Below are positions 38,465-47,506 of a DNA stretch of 47,506 bases, piece after piece. Each line of letters opens with the position of its first letter. Within the stretch, counting starts at the first letter, position 1. The stretch lies in the sequence record SRR31156797_1572. One strand, given 5' to 3'. The notes under the pieces were generated by a model, which was not told the DNA's origin, did not search any database, and saw only the letters and a program-made list of their open reading frames with translations. The translations under genes and the position numbers were made by a program.

Positions 38465-40696
38465 ATGATAAATAAAACCAACAAATCCATTTTTTTGCAG
38501 CATACTTTCTTTTTGTTGCTATTCTTATTTATGAGTATGACGGTTGCTTTTGGACAGTTTGATCCTCCAACGGCCACAGTAATACAAACAGATACCGCAT
38601 TTTGCGATACGGGAGATGCCAAGTTGCGATTAGAGTTTACCGGGGCTCCACCATTTGCCTTTAAATATAAACGAGGAGGTACCACTTATACCGAAAATGG
38701 AGGTGGTAACATTATTGATGAAACGTATTTTGAGCTGACAATTGGAGATGTTTCTTCATCTGAGGTTATAGAATTAGTGGCAGTTTATGATAGTAATTAT
38801 TCAGTAGGTAACGGGGTTTCAGGAAATGTAAGTGGAAATCTGAATATTCGTGTTGATAAAATGCCAGTCGTTTCAGCCGGAGCAGACAAAATAGTTTGTG
38901 GTTATGAGTTCAAAATGGAAGGAGTTGTAACTGGAACGACAACCAGCATTAATTGGTCTGATCCAGGAACCTTAGGTTCGTTTGATGATATCAACTCACC
39001 TACTGCATTTTTTTCTGGCAATACAGAGGATTCATATTTACTTACTTTAAATGTTGAGAATGGAACTTGTGAAGATACAGATGATGTTAATGTAACATTA
39101 CAAGGTTCTCCAAAGGCTGAAATTACAGATGGTTCATGGAAGTTCTGTTCAACTTCAGGAACAGAGAATAAACTTCCTGTTGAGATTAATTTTACCGGTA
39201 ATGGTGATTTTACCTATAGCCTGAAATCAGATCTTCAAACTACAGATCCGGCAACAACGTCAAATTCAAATATAAGTATTGAAATTCCAGTTAATGATTC
39301 TCAAATTTTTGTTTTGGAATCTGTTATAGATGGCAACGGTTGTGCTGCAGAAGTGAGTGATTTAACAGGTGCTAAAGAGGCATTTAATGTTAAACCCAAT
39401 CCTTACGCCGGAGATGATGTTGTTGAATGTAGCCAAGAATATACATTGCAGGCAGCATTGTCAGAAGGGGCAACAGGAGCTTGGTCATCAACAGAACTTA
39501 CTTCAATTAACTTTACAACGAAAAATGATAAAAATACAAAAGTAAGCTCATCTGAATTTCAAATTGTAACGCTAACATGGACAGAGGAAGTTGAAGGGTG
39601 TTATGATAGTGATGAGGTAGTTGTAAATTTTGCGGAATCACCTGAATTGATTATTTCAGGCGGTACAAGTGATCAAATTTGCGAAGATTTATCAACAGCA
39701 ATCAATTTAGTTGCAACGGGTAATTCGCCATGGAATGTGGAGTACAATAAAGGTGGAGGTACTTTAGTGGAAACCATACACAACTCTAACTATACAAAGA
39801 GTTTTGCAGGGTCGGAGTTAAATATTGGAAGCAATGCCATTTCTTTTACAAAAATTACAGGATCATATGGTTGTGTAACAACTTATAGTGATGTCGTTTA
39901 TTCAGTTTTGGTAGATAAAATGCCAACGGCTAATGCCGGACCGGATGATGAAATATGTGGTAAAGATATTACGCTTGCAGCTTCGTTCAATTTAGAAACA
40001 AGTATAGGAGAATGGAGTGGTTCAGGAGAATTTGTTGATTCAAGTGATCCGGAGACTTTTTTTACAGCCAATAGCTTTGATGTAAATCCAGGGCAAGCTC
40101 AAGTCTTAACCTGGACTGAAACGAACGGAAAATGTGAAGATACAGATGAAGTACTGATTAATTTTCATAAAAAACCAAATCCTGTATTTGCAGGAAATGA
40201 TACTACCATTTATGCGATAGATAATATTGCTTTAGATGCTTTGCAACCTGATGAAGGAAATAACTACGAATGGTCCTTTATTGAGAATGAGGCAAATATT
40301 GAAAATATTACTAGTCCGAGTACTGTTTTATCAGGTTTAGAGGAGGGAGTTTATAAATTATTGTGGACGGTTTCGTTACAGGAGGGAAGTTGTCCGGCCG
40401 AGACAGACGAATTAGTGATTACGGTAAAAAATCTTTTCTCACCAACAGGTTTTTCTCCTAATGGCGATGAGCTAAATGAAACCTTTCAAATATTGGGAAT
40501 TGACAATATTACCAATAATCGGGTAACCATTTTTAATAAAGAGGGGAAAGTTATTTTTAAATCGAAAGATTATCAAAATGATTGGCGAGGTACAGGTATG
40601 GATGGACAAGATGTACCATCAGGAACATATTTTTATGTGCTCGAAGGAGATCAGCTTAGCAAGCCAATTAAAAACTATTTAATTATAAAAAGATAA
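38465..40696 (+). CDS. T9SS cargo with Ig/PKD-like repeats and type-B CTD (gliding-motility C-terminal domain)
   Basis: Signal peptide, repeated AGxD..C units, and C-terminal PTGFSPNGDELNETF...IFNKEG...WRG...GTYFY...LIIKR. Confidence 0.92.
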   Translation: MINKTNKSIFLQHTFFLLLFLFMSMTVAFGQFDPPTATVIQTDTAFCDTGDAKLRLEFTGAPPFAFKYKRGGTTYTENGGGNIIDETYFELTIGDVSSSEVIELVAVYDSNYSVGNGVSGNVSGNLNIRVDKMPVVSAGADKIVCGYEFKMEGVVTGTTTSINWSDPGTLGSFDDINSPTAFFSGNTEDSYLLTLNVENGTCEDTDDVNVTLQGSPKAEITDGSWKFCSTSGTENKLPVEINFTGNGDFTYSLKSDLQTTDPATTSNSNISIEIPVNDSQIFVLESVIDGNGCAAEVSDLTGAKEAFNVKPNPYAGDDVVECSQEYTLQAALSEGATGAWSSTELTSINFTTKNDKNTKVSSSEFQIVTLTWTEEVEGCYDSDEVVVNFAESPELIISGGTSDQICEDLSTAINLVATGNSPWNVEYNKGGGTLVETIHNSNYTKSFAGSELNIGSNAISFTKITGSYGCVTTYSDVVYSVLVDKMPTANAGPDDEICGKDITLAASFNLETSIGEWSGSGEFVDSSDPETFFTANSFDVNPGQAQVLTWTETNGKCEDTDEVLINFHKKPNPVFAGNDTTIYAIDNIALDALQPDEGNNYEWSFIENEANIENITSPSTVLSGLEEGVYKLLWTVSLQEGSCPAETDELVITVKNLFSPTGFSPNGDELNETFQILGIDNITNNRVTIFNKEGKVIFKSKDYQNDWRGTGMDGQDVPSGTYFYVLEGDQLSKPIKNYLIIKR

Positions 40697-40732
40697 TTTC
40701 CAATTCGTTGGAATTAATATATTGATATAAAG

Positions 40733-41644
40733 ATGAGAAAACTTAACCTGTTGGTATTTATTATGCTGTTGGCACTGACGGATATTTCTGCTCAGCGGGA
40801 ATTGATAATGAGTCAATATATGTATAATAAATACAGTATTAACCCTGCATTTGGAGGTTCTCATGAGTCGCTGTCTGCCTATGGATCATTTCGTAAAAAG
40901 TGGGCAGGGTTTGAAAAGTCGCCATCGGGCGCTTTTTTTACGGTTCATTCACCACTTAAAGATGAAAGAGTTGCTCTTGGAGCTCAATTTTTTAATGATC
41001 AGGTTGGTATTATTAGTAATACTGGTTTTAGTGTTTCATATGCCTATAGATTACAGTTGCAGAATGATGCAAAACTATCTTTGGGAATTTCAGGAGGTTT
41101 AGTGAATTACAAATCGGACTGGACAGATGTGTTGCTTGTAGATACAGAGGATAATACTTTTGCAGCGCAGGAACAAACTTCAGCGCCTTGGATTGGATTT
41201 GGAGCAGCGTTGCTTCATAAAAACTATTTTGCAGGGTTTTCTGTGCCATCTCTTTTGTTTTATGATCGATATGAAACAGGTGAAAGTACGCTGGATTTTG
41301 CAAAAATAGACTATCTATTCACCGGAGGATATATGTTTAATTTATCTGATGCAATTGCAATCCAACCTTCAGCTATGCTTAGAGTGAATATGGATCAGGA
41401 AACTTTTGTAGATATCAGTGCCACTGGTTTTTTAATGAATGCTTTTATTTTAGGAACTTCATATCGTACCACAGGAGAAATAATTGGAATTGTTGGTTAT
41501 CAATTGACTTCACAATTTAGATTTACTTATAGCCTTGATTATGATATTGATCCCATTGGATCATATAATAATGGGACACATGAAGTCGCATTGCAGTTTA
41601 ATTTTGGATTTAAGATTAATTCTCCAAACCCTAAATTCTTTTAG
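40733..41644 (+). CDS. PorP/SprF family T9SS outer-membrane barrel
   Basis: SQYMYN...INPAFGG, KWAGFEKSP, SYAYR, YSLDY, GTHE. Lies directly after a type-B CTD gene. Confidence 0.95.
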   Translation: MRKLNLLVFIMLLALTDISAQRELIMSQYMYNKYSINPAFGGSHESLSAYGSFRKKWAGFEKSPSGAFFTVHSPLKDERVALGAQFFNDQVGIISNTGFSVSYAYRLQLQNDAKLSLGISGGLVNYKSDWTDVLLVDTEDNTFAAQEQTSAPWIGFGAALLHKNYFAGFSVPSLLFYDRYETGESTLDFAKIDYLFTGGYMFNLSDAIAIQPSAMLRVNMDQETFVDISATGFLMNAFILGTSYRTTGEIIGIVGYQLTSQFRFTYSLDYDIDPIGSYNNGTHEVALQFNFGFKINSPNPKFF

Positions 41645-43054
41645 ATGATGCGTACAATTAAAATACTATCTATTTGGATATTTATATTGACCTTTTTTAC
41701 TCCTTTTAACGGACAAACAGTTTCTGTTGAAAAGTTAGATGTGAATAGCTCTATTAAGAACGATTTTGCCCCGTTTGTAATGGATTCTGTTTTATATTTT
41801 ACATCTAACAGAAAACATGAAATATTAAGGTCTTATCTCGATCAAAACAACGAATGGCTTTATCGCATTTATTTAGCACAGATAAAGGGAGAAGGAGATT
41901 TTGGAAAGGAATATCAGTTAAATGGAAATCGCTTATCTAAACTAAATACAGCTTCAATTTGCTGGTCTGAGGATAAGTCTAAAATATTTGTTACACAGAA
42001 TCAATATACTACGGTTAAAAGAAGTAAGGGAAGAGAAAATTTGCTTGGTATTTTTATAATAGATAATAATAACGGTAGCTGGAGTCGTCCGGTATCATTC
42101 ACTCATAATTCAAGAAGACAATATTCCAACGGGCAGCCAACCATTACGCCAGATGGCAATACGATGTACTATGTGTCGAATAAACCAGATGGATTTGGAG
42201 AAACTGATATTTATGAGTCCCGTTTTGTCAATGGTGAATGGACAGAGCCGGTTAACCTTGGTAAACAGGTGAATACAAGTGGGCGAGAAGTTTTTCCATT
42301 TTATCACCCATCCGGAAAATTGTATTTTGCATCCGAAGGTCATAATAGCACAGGAGGCTTAGATATTTTTTATACCAGTAAAAATGGGAATGAGTGGTTA
42401 GAACCTGTTAAGTTGGAAGAACCCATTAATTCAGAATTCGATGATTTTTCCTGCTATATTTTTGAAGATGGAACTCAGGGTTATTTTGCCTCAAGCAGAT
42501 CAGGGCATGATGATATTTATAAATTCTCAAACCCTTTTCCTTCTTTTGCTGATGCTCAGCCACAAGTGGAAGATAATTTCTGTTTTACAATTTTCGAAAA
42601 TGGTCCTTTTATTGCAGACGGTCTTCCTTACGTATATCAATGGTATTTTGGAGATGGCTTGTCAGCTAAAGGATTAGAAGTGGATCACTGCTATTCTAAA
42701 CCAGGAACTTATAATATTCACTTAAATGTAGTCGATACATTAACCAATGAGGATTTATATACGGTAGCCAACTATGAAATTAATCTGGAATTAACACAGC
42801 AAATATATATATCAGCTTTGGATACGGTTAAAATTAATGACCCTGTTTTATTTTCGGCTGAAAAATCGGAGCTGAAAGATTTTGTACCAAAGCAATATTA
42901 CTGGGATTTTGGAGATAGTAATAAAGGGAAAGGTGTAACTATTACGCATGTTTTTCGAACAAAGGGTATATATACGGTAACCTGCGGTGCTATCTCTAAA
43001 GATGATCCAACAGAAAGAATGAGTTCAACACGACAAATTATAGTAACAGAGTAA
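41645..43054 (+). CDS. Exported PD40 beta-propeller + two PKD domains
   Basis: LYFTSNR, YYVSNKPDGFGETDIY, YFASEGH, YFASSR; PKD signatures YQWYFGDG and YYWDFGDS. Confidence 0.85.
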   Translation: MMRTIKILSIWIFILTFFTPFNGQTVSVEKLDVNSSIKNDFAPFVMDSVLYFTSNRKHEILRSYLDQNNEWLYRIYLAQIKGEGDFGKEYQLNGNRLSKLNTASICWSEDKSKIFVTQNQYTTVKRSKGRENLLGIFIIDNNNGSWSRPVSFTHNSRRQYSNGQPTITPDGNTMYYVSNKPDGFGETDIYESRFVNGEWTEPVNLGKQVNTSGREVFPFYHPSGKLYFASEGHNSTGGLDIFYTSKNGNEWLEPVKLEEPINSEFDDFSCYIFEDGTQGYFASSRSGHDDIYKFSNPFPSFADAQPQVEDNFCFTIFENGPFIADGLPYVYQWYFGDGLSAKGLEVDHCYSKPGTYNIHLNVVDTLTNEDLYTVANYEINLELTQQIYISALDTVKINDPVLFSAEKSELKDFVPKQYYWDFGDSNKGKGVTITHVFRTKGIYTVTCGAISKDDPTERMSSTRQIIVTE

Positions 43055-43065
43055 TTTTACAACAC

Positions 43066-44040
43066 ATGCTAAAAATATCAAGCGTTCTATTCGTTTTATT
43101 AATCACACTACAATCTTTTGCACAACCGGTTCCTGCGGTAGATGAAAATATTCCTCACCTGGTTACATTTGGTAAGTTAGGAGATCATGCCTGGGGGGAT
43201 AATGATTTTTGCCAGGTTATTTTCTTTTCAGTACCTAAAGATCATACGGAACCTATTTTTATTAGAGTTTTTGATCCTGATGTTGGTGGTGCAATTGATG
43301 AACAACAAGGAGAGTGGGAAACTCGCATGAAGTATAGTATATATGGCGGAATTGGTGCTTGTTCAAATGAAGATGCCAGGAGAATTAATCTTAATGGAGA
43401 TTATAAAAGTGGTACTTTGTTAGGAACAAAATCTTTTGCTGAAAATCCACGATACGATAATAACTGGTATACCTTTGGTCCGATTAACCCAACAGAAGGA
43501 GAGTTGCTTCCGGATTATGGAGGATATATTTTTAAGATTGTGGTAGAAGGAATTGGAGGTGATGATGGTAACCTATATAACTTGTTTATGAGTACTAGTG
43601 GAAGTGAAAATCAACCGGTAGAGGGAGCTTTTGCTTTTTACTTTAAATATAAATTTCGTTTGCATGATAATGTAAATGAAGTGTCGCATATCTATCCTTT
43701 TATAGATAATAACGTTGTTGCCATCAAGCAAACTAATTTTGATTGGGATAACGATGGTATCATTCGAATTATATCGGTAGCAAAAAATGGTGAATTTTTA
43801 AAGGTTTCGGGCGACAATGACTGGAGTCAGAGTGAGCATACCATTCACCCTGATGAAAAAAATACATCTTACGATATTCAAATTATAAAGAAAAAAAGTG
43901 CCAATATTAAGAACAATAATGTGGTGATTTTTCTTGAGAATCAGTATGGTGAGTTAATGCCATTCTACAGTGTTCCTATTGGTGGTATTCCAAAGTATAA
44001 GTACAGTATTGGAATTAAACCAAAAATCACAAAGAAATAA
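43066..44040 (+). CDS. Exported protein of unknown function (beta-rich, Asp/Gly motifs)
   Basis: Signal peptide ending SFA|Q; 324-aa ORF tightly spaced within the operon. Confidence 0.85.
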   Translation: MLKISSVLFVLLITLQSFAQPVPAVDENIPHLVTFGKLGDHAWGDNDFCQVIFFSVPKDHTEPIFIRVFDPDVGGAIDEQQGEWETRMKYSIYGGIGACSNEDARRINLNGDYKSGTLLGTKSFAENPRYDNNWYTFGPINPTEGELLPDYGGYIFKIVVEGIGGDDGNLYNLFMSTSGSENQPVEGAFAFYFKYKFRLHDNVNEVSHIYPFIDNNVVAIKQTNFDWDNDGIIRIISVAKNGEFLKVSGDNDWSQSEHTIHPDEKNTSYDIQIIKKKSANIKNNNVVIFLENQYGELMPFYSVPIGGIPKYKYSIGIKPKITKK

Positions 44041-44048
44041 TAAAAGGC

Positions 44049-47000
44049 ATGATATCTAAACTATTAAAAAAACTGCAATGTTGGATTACAGTACTGTTGG
44101 CTTGTAGTTCATTAATAAGTCATGCCCAGTCGTATGATTTTAAGAGTTTTGATTCGGATGTTGGCTTGCCTCAAAACTTTGTTTATTGCGTGGCTCAGGA
44201 TAATAAGGGGTACTTATGGATTGGTACCGGAGAGGGTCTGGTAAGGTACGATGGTATACAGTTCAAAACATTTACGCAAGCAGATTCTTTGTCTTCGGAC
44301 TTTGTACAATCGCTATTTGTTGCAAAGGATGGTACTTTATGGGTAGGACACAATAATGGTTCCTTATCTTATTATAAAGATGATCATTTTTACAAAGTAA
44401 CACCTGAAGAAAAGGCTACCAGTCCTATTCAGGATATTTGTCAGGATGATTTAGGTAATATTTGGGCTACTGTTCAAAATAATGGACTAATAAGAATTGA
44501 TGAAGATAAGAAGGTGCAAGCCTTTTTTGATAGGGATTATTTTGGAGATAAACTTTACTATTCAATAGAGTCGATCAATGCCCATAAATTTTTAGTAGGT
44601 ACTTCAGAAGGGCTTATGTCCTTAAAGCTGTCCAGTAATTTTGCAGTGCAATTTTTTGCTCCTATTACGGATATTCCTCCAACAAAAATTAATACAATTG
44701 TTAAACGTAAGGCGATTGATGATCAGTATTGGGTGGCAACAGAAGATGAAGGATTTTATCTTTTTACCTATTCTGATAATAAAGCCAAACATTTAGCCAA
44801 TAATAAGCTATGTGTCAGGTTTAATATTGAACACGAAAATATACTGGATATATTTGAAGAAAATGATGGCAACCTGATGTTGGCAACATGGGGAAATGGA
44901 GTTATAAAGTTATTTTTGGATCCATCCAGTCAGACATTTAAGGAGTCTTTAAATTTTTCATCTGAAAATGGTTTAAATCACAACTTTGTAAAGGCTATTC
45001 TTGGAGATAGGGAGAATAATTATTGGTTTGCCACTTTTGGAGGTGGTGTATCGGTGCTATTGAATGATTATTTTATTCACTATAATCTTGACGACATTGG
45101 ATTTAAGCAAAGCAAAGCGATTTCAGTTATTGCTAATGAAAAAAGTTTATGGATTGGACTGGATAATGGAGTTTTGAAAACAGATCCATATTGCTTTATT
45201 GATCATGAATATTATGACAATGCGCTGGGAATTCCTAATGATAGAATTACAGGTTTTGATTATGATGAGAATGGGAATTTATGGGTTGCATCTTATAGTA
45301 AAGGGTTATATTACAGAGCCGCAAAGGATTTGAGATTTAAAAAGTTCAGATATACAGATGATATTATTGATCCTATTATTAATGATTTATCCATATTAAA
45401 TGGGGAAATGTATCTGGCGACTACAGATGGTTTTTATACAATCAACCTGACAACAAAGAGTGTTAAGCGCCTGACAACTCAAAATAACCTGCCACACAAT
45501 AATATCAACTTTATTTTTATCGATAATGAAGAAAACGTATGGATAGGTCCTAAGTCGAGTGGTATTTGTAAGGTTGATTCTGCAAATATTGAGATTCATA
45601 GAATGTCGCCTTCTCCATTGGATGTTTCAGGAATGACGATTGACTCTAAAGGTAATTTCTGGTTGTCTACTATTGGCAAGTGGGTTCTTAAATTTAATCA
45701 GGATACCTTGGAACAAATTTCATTATCAGATGGATTAACAAAGAACTATTGTTACGATATCGTTTGTGATAAGAATGATAAGTTGTGGGTTTGTCACTGG
45801 CCAGGCATTAGCTGTATTGATATTAAAACAGGGCAAATTAAAAAGTTTGGCTTTAGAGATAAGATGGGTGGAGATTTTTATCGTGTATGGGAAGATAAAA
45901 GTAAGAATGTTTGGTTTGCTTCGAGTAATGGTGTTGTTCAGTATTTTCCGGATAGAGATAAGAAAAACCTGGTTGGTCCAAAACTTAATTTTACTTCAAT
46001 AGATATTTCAGGAAAAAAGTACCGTCAAAACCAGGAAATAAAATTACCATATCCATATCGTAGGCAATATTCAAAGATAAGAGTGGATTTTACAGGTATT
46101 AGCTTTAAAGATCCTAAAGCAGTAACCTATCAGTACAAAATGGAAAAGGATGGGGATGAAGGTCAAAAAGAGTGGGTTTCTATAGGATCTACAAATTTTA
46201 GAGAGTATGAGTTTTTACCGGATGGAAGGTATACCTTAAAAATAAAAGCGTTTAATGCAGATGGAATTTCAAGTGCAAGTCCGTTAACGCTGCAGTTTGA
46301 AATAGCTGCTCCGGTATGGAAAAAGTTATGGTTTTATTTAGTTGTGCTTGTTGTTATTATAACTGTATTTTATTTCATTGTAAAATTCAGAGAAAGACAG
46401 CTGAGGCTCAAGAAAGAAGAATTGCAAAGAGAAGTTGATTCACAAACCATTATTTTAAGGGAGCAAAAGGAAGAAATTGAGCGTAAGAATTTAGATATTA
46501 CAGCAAGTATTAATTATGCAAAACGTATTCAAAGTTCAATACTTCCACCGCTGAATGAATTAAGGGAAACTTTCCCGGAATCATTTATATTCTTTGCGCC
46601 AAGAGATATTGTAAGTGGAGATTTCTATTGGTTTAAGAAAAGTAAGGATAGTTTCTTAATCTGTTGTGCAGATTGCACCGGGCATGGCGTTCCCGGAGCT
46701 TTTATGTCAATGATTGGAACAACTTTGCTTAATGATATAAGTAAGATGGAGAGTGCCCAGTCGCCTGCAGATATCCTGGAAAAACTAGATAGTAATATTC
46801 GTGTTTTATTGCAAAAGGATGCCAGTGAATATGCCAAAGATGGTATGGATATTTCCGTAATAGAAATAAACTTTAATAGTAATGTTGTCCGTTTGGCTTC
46901 CGCTAAAAGACCTGTTTTACTGTATATTAATAAAGAACTTACTATTTACAATGGTACACGCAGGAGTATTGGAGATGATGAAATAGCAACGCATTCTAAA

Positions 47001-47246
47001 TTTATGAATTATGAATATGAATGCTCAAAAGGTGATGCTATTTATTTGTTTTCAGATGGATATACCGATCAATTTGGTGGACCTAAAGGGAAGAAGCTTA
47101 TGAAGGTAGGAGTAAAGAATTTACTCGAAGAAATAAAGGATAAACCAATGGATAAGCAAGGATTGTTAGTGAAAGAGAACTTCCTTAGTTGGAAAGGGGA
47201 TCAGGAGCAAATTGATGATGTATTGTTTATGGGAATAAAACTGTAA
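44049..47246 (+). CDS. Membrane sensor: beta-propeller (Reg_prop) + Y_Y_Y + TM + coiled coil + SpoIIE/PP2C phosphatase
   Basis: Repeated D..G.LW.GT..GL blades, YQYKM...YEFLPDGRYTLKIKA.N.DG, a TM after PVWKKLWFY, and PP2C motifs VSGDFY, ADCTGHGVPGA, DGMD, FSDG, IDD. Confidence 0.95.
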   Translation: MISKLLKKLQCWITVLLACSSLISHAQSYDFKSFDSDVGLPQNFVYCVAQDNKGYLWIGTGEGLVRYDGIQFKTFTQADSLSSDFVQSLFVAKDGTLWVGHNNGSLSYYKDDHFYKVTPEEKATSPIQDICQDDLGNIWATVQNNGLIRIDEDKKVQAFFDRDYFGDKLYYSIESINAHKFLVGTSEGLMSLKLSSNFAVQFFAPITDIPPTKINTIVKRKAIDDQYWVATEDEGFYLFTYSDNKAKHLANNKLCVRFNIEHENILDIFEENDGNLMLATWGNGVIKLFLDPSSQTFKESLNFSSENGLNHNFVKAILGDRENNYWFATFGGGVSVLLNDYFIHYNLDDIGFKQSKAISVIANEKSLWIGLDNGVLKTDPYCFIDHEYYDNALGIPNDRITGFDYDENGNLWVASYSKGLYYRAAKDLRFKKFRYTDDIIDPIINDLSILNGEMYLATTDGFYTINLTTKSVKRLTTQNNLPHNNINFIFIDNEENVWIGPKSSGICKVDSANIEIHRMSPSPLDVSGMTIDSKGNFWLSTIGKWVLKFNQDTLEQISLSDGLTKNYCYDIVCDKNDKLWVCHWPGISCIDIKTGQIKKFGFRDKMGGDFYRVWEDKSKNVWFASSNGVVQYFPDRDKKNLVGPKLNFTSIDISGKKYRQNQEIKLPYPYRRQYSKIRVDFTGISFKDPKAVTYQYKMEKDGDEGQKEWVSIGSTNFREYEFLPDGRYTLKIKAFNADGISSASPLTLQFEIAAPVWKKLWFYLVVLVVIITVFYFIVKFRERQLRLKKEELQREVDSQTIILREQKEEIERKNLDITASINYAKRIQSSILPPLNELRETFPESFIFFAPRDIVSGDFYWFKKSKDSFLICCADCTGHGVPGAFMSMIGTTLLNDISKMESAQSPADILEKLDSNIRVLLQKDASEYAKDGMDISVIEINFNSNVVRLASAKRPVLLYINKELTIYNGTRRSIGDDEIATHSKFMNYEYECSKGDAIYLFSDGYTDQFGGPKGKKLMKVGVKNLLEEIKDKPMDKQGLLVKENFLSWKGDQEQIDDVLFMGIKL

Positions 47247-47266
47247 AATAGTTTAATATATAGATT

Positions 47267-47298
47267 AAAGCTCTACGTTACTACGTAGGGCTTTTTTT
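47267..47298 (+). terminator. Intrinsic terminator of the T9SS-SpoIIE operon
   Basis: AAAGCTCTACGT-tact-ACGTAGGGCTTT-TTTT. Confidence 0.88.
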
Positions 47299-47400
47299 AT
47301 GTAGTTATAGCGTATATTTTTTTATAAATATTCCATCTAGTCAGATTAGGTTTAACCCTCAAAAAGCATTAGGTAATTTATTACGCATCAAAAATACTTC

Positions 47401-47474
47401 AAAACAAGTCACTTCATTGCTTCAATTCAACGCACCAGAACGTTGCATGCTTCGTTTTAGCAAAGACTTGTTTT
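47401..47474. repeat. Nested inverted-repeat element (REP/MITE-like or structured RNA)
   Basis: AAAACAAGTC/GACTTGTTTT, TTGCT/AGCAA and CAACG/CGTTG are nested. Confidence 0.5.
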
Positions 47475-47506
47475 AATGCAATTTTAACGCTCACAACGAA
47501 GTTCTA

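Noticed and set aside
45681..45683. Trp in place of the usual Gly in one propeller blade (IGKWVL)
   Set aside because: A single substitution in a degenerate repeat; it could be neutral or a sequencing error.
1299..46837. Many short antisense or alternate-frame ORFs in the ORF track (e.g. 17863-18354, 22463-23008, 13075-13476, 25618-25815)
   Set aside because: They lie inside or overlap well-supported genes, have no recognisable motifs, and are expected shadow ORFs.

Overview
AT-rich chromosomal window from a Bacteroidota genome. Gene content (T9SS parts, TAnnTT(T/A)G promoters, the rsfS-ftsH-LUD-cdsA-psd cluster) suggests a marine Marinilabiliales-like organism, which is an inference. In order it contains: the 3' part of lon; an intact IS1182-family element (15-bp IRs, 8-bp TSD) inserted in the loop of the bidirectional lon/ARH terminator; an ADP-ribosylglycohydrolase homologue lacking its metal-binding aspartates; an AI-2E transporter; a complete alternative complex III operon (actA-B-C-D-F-E, no adjacent oxidase); housekeeping genes (NUDIX, pyrE, birA, rsfS, ftsH, cdsA, psd, marC, rnhA, coaD); an orphan degenerate COX3-like protein; an orphan TPR-LytS kinase; a tiny secreted (CxKxCDK)3 protein divergent from a two-component system with a Cys-rich sensor and phased TGTTAA repeats; a TPR-PD40-SPOR protein; a candidate sRNA; a cation-chloride cotransporter / GT-C / MTase-GT2 run; and a five-gene operon joining a type-B T9SS cargo, PorP/SprF, a PD40-PKD protein, an unknown secreted protein and a beta-propeller/Y_Y_Y/SpoIIE sensor phosphatase. 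The best candidates for undescribed systems are the T9SS-SpoIIE operon, the Cys-peptide/two-component module and the apparently catalytically dead ARH. No rRNA, tRNA or CRISPR array was recognised. All family calls come from reading motifs by eye; no database searches were run.
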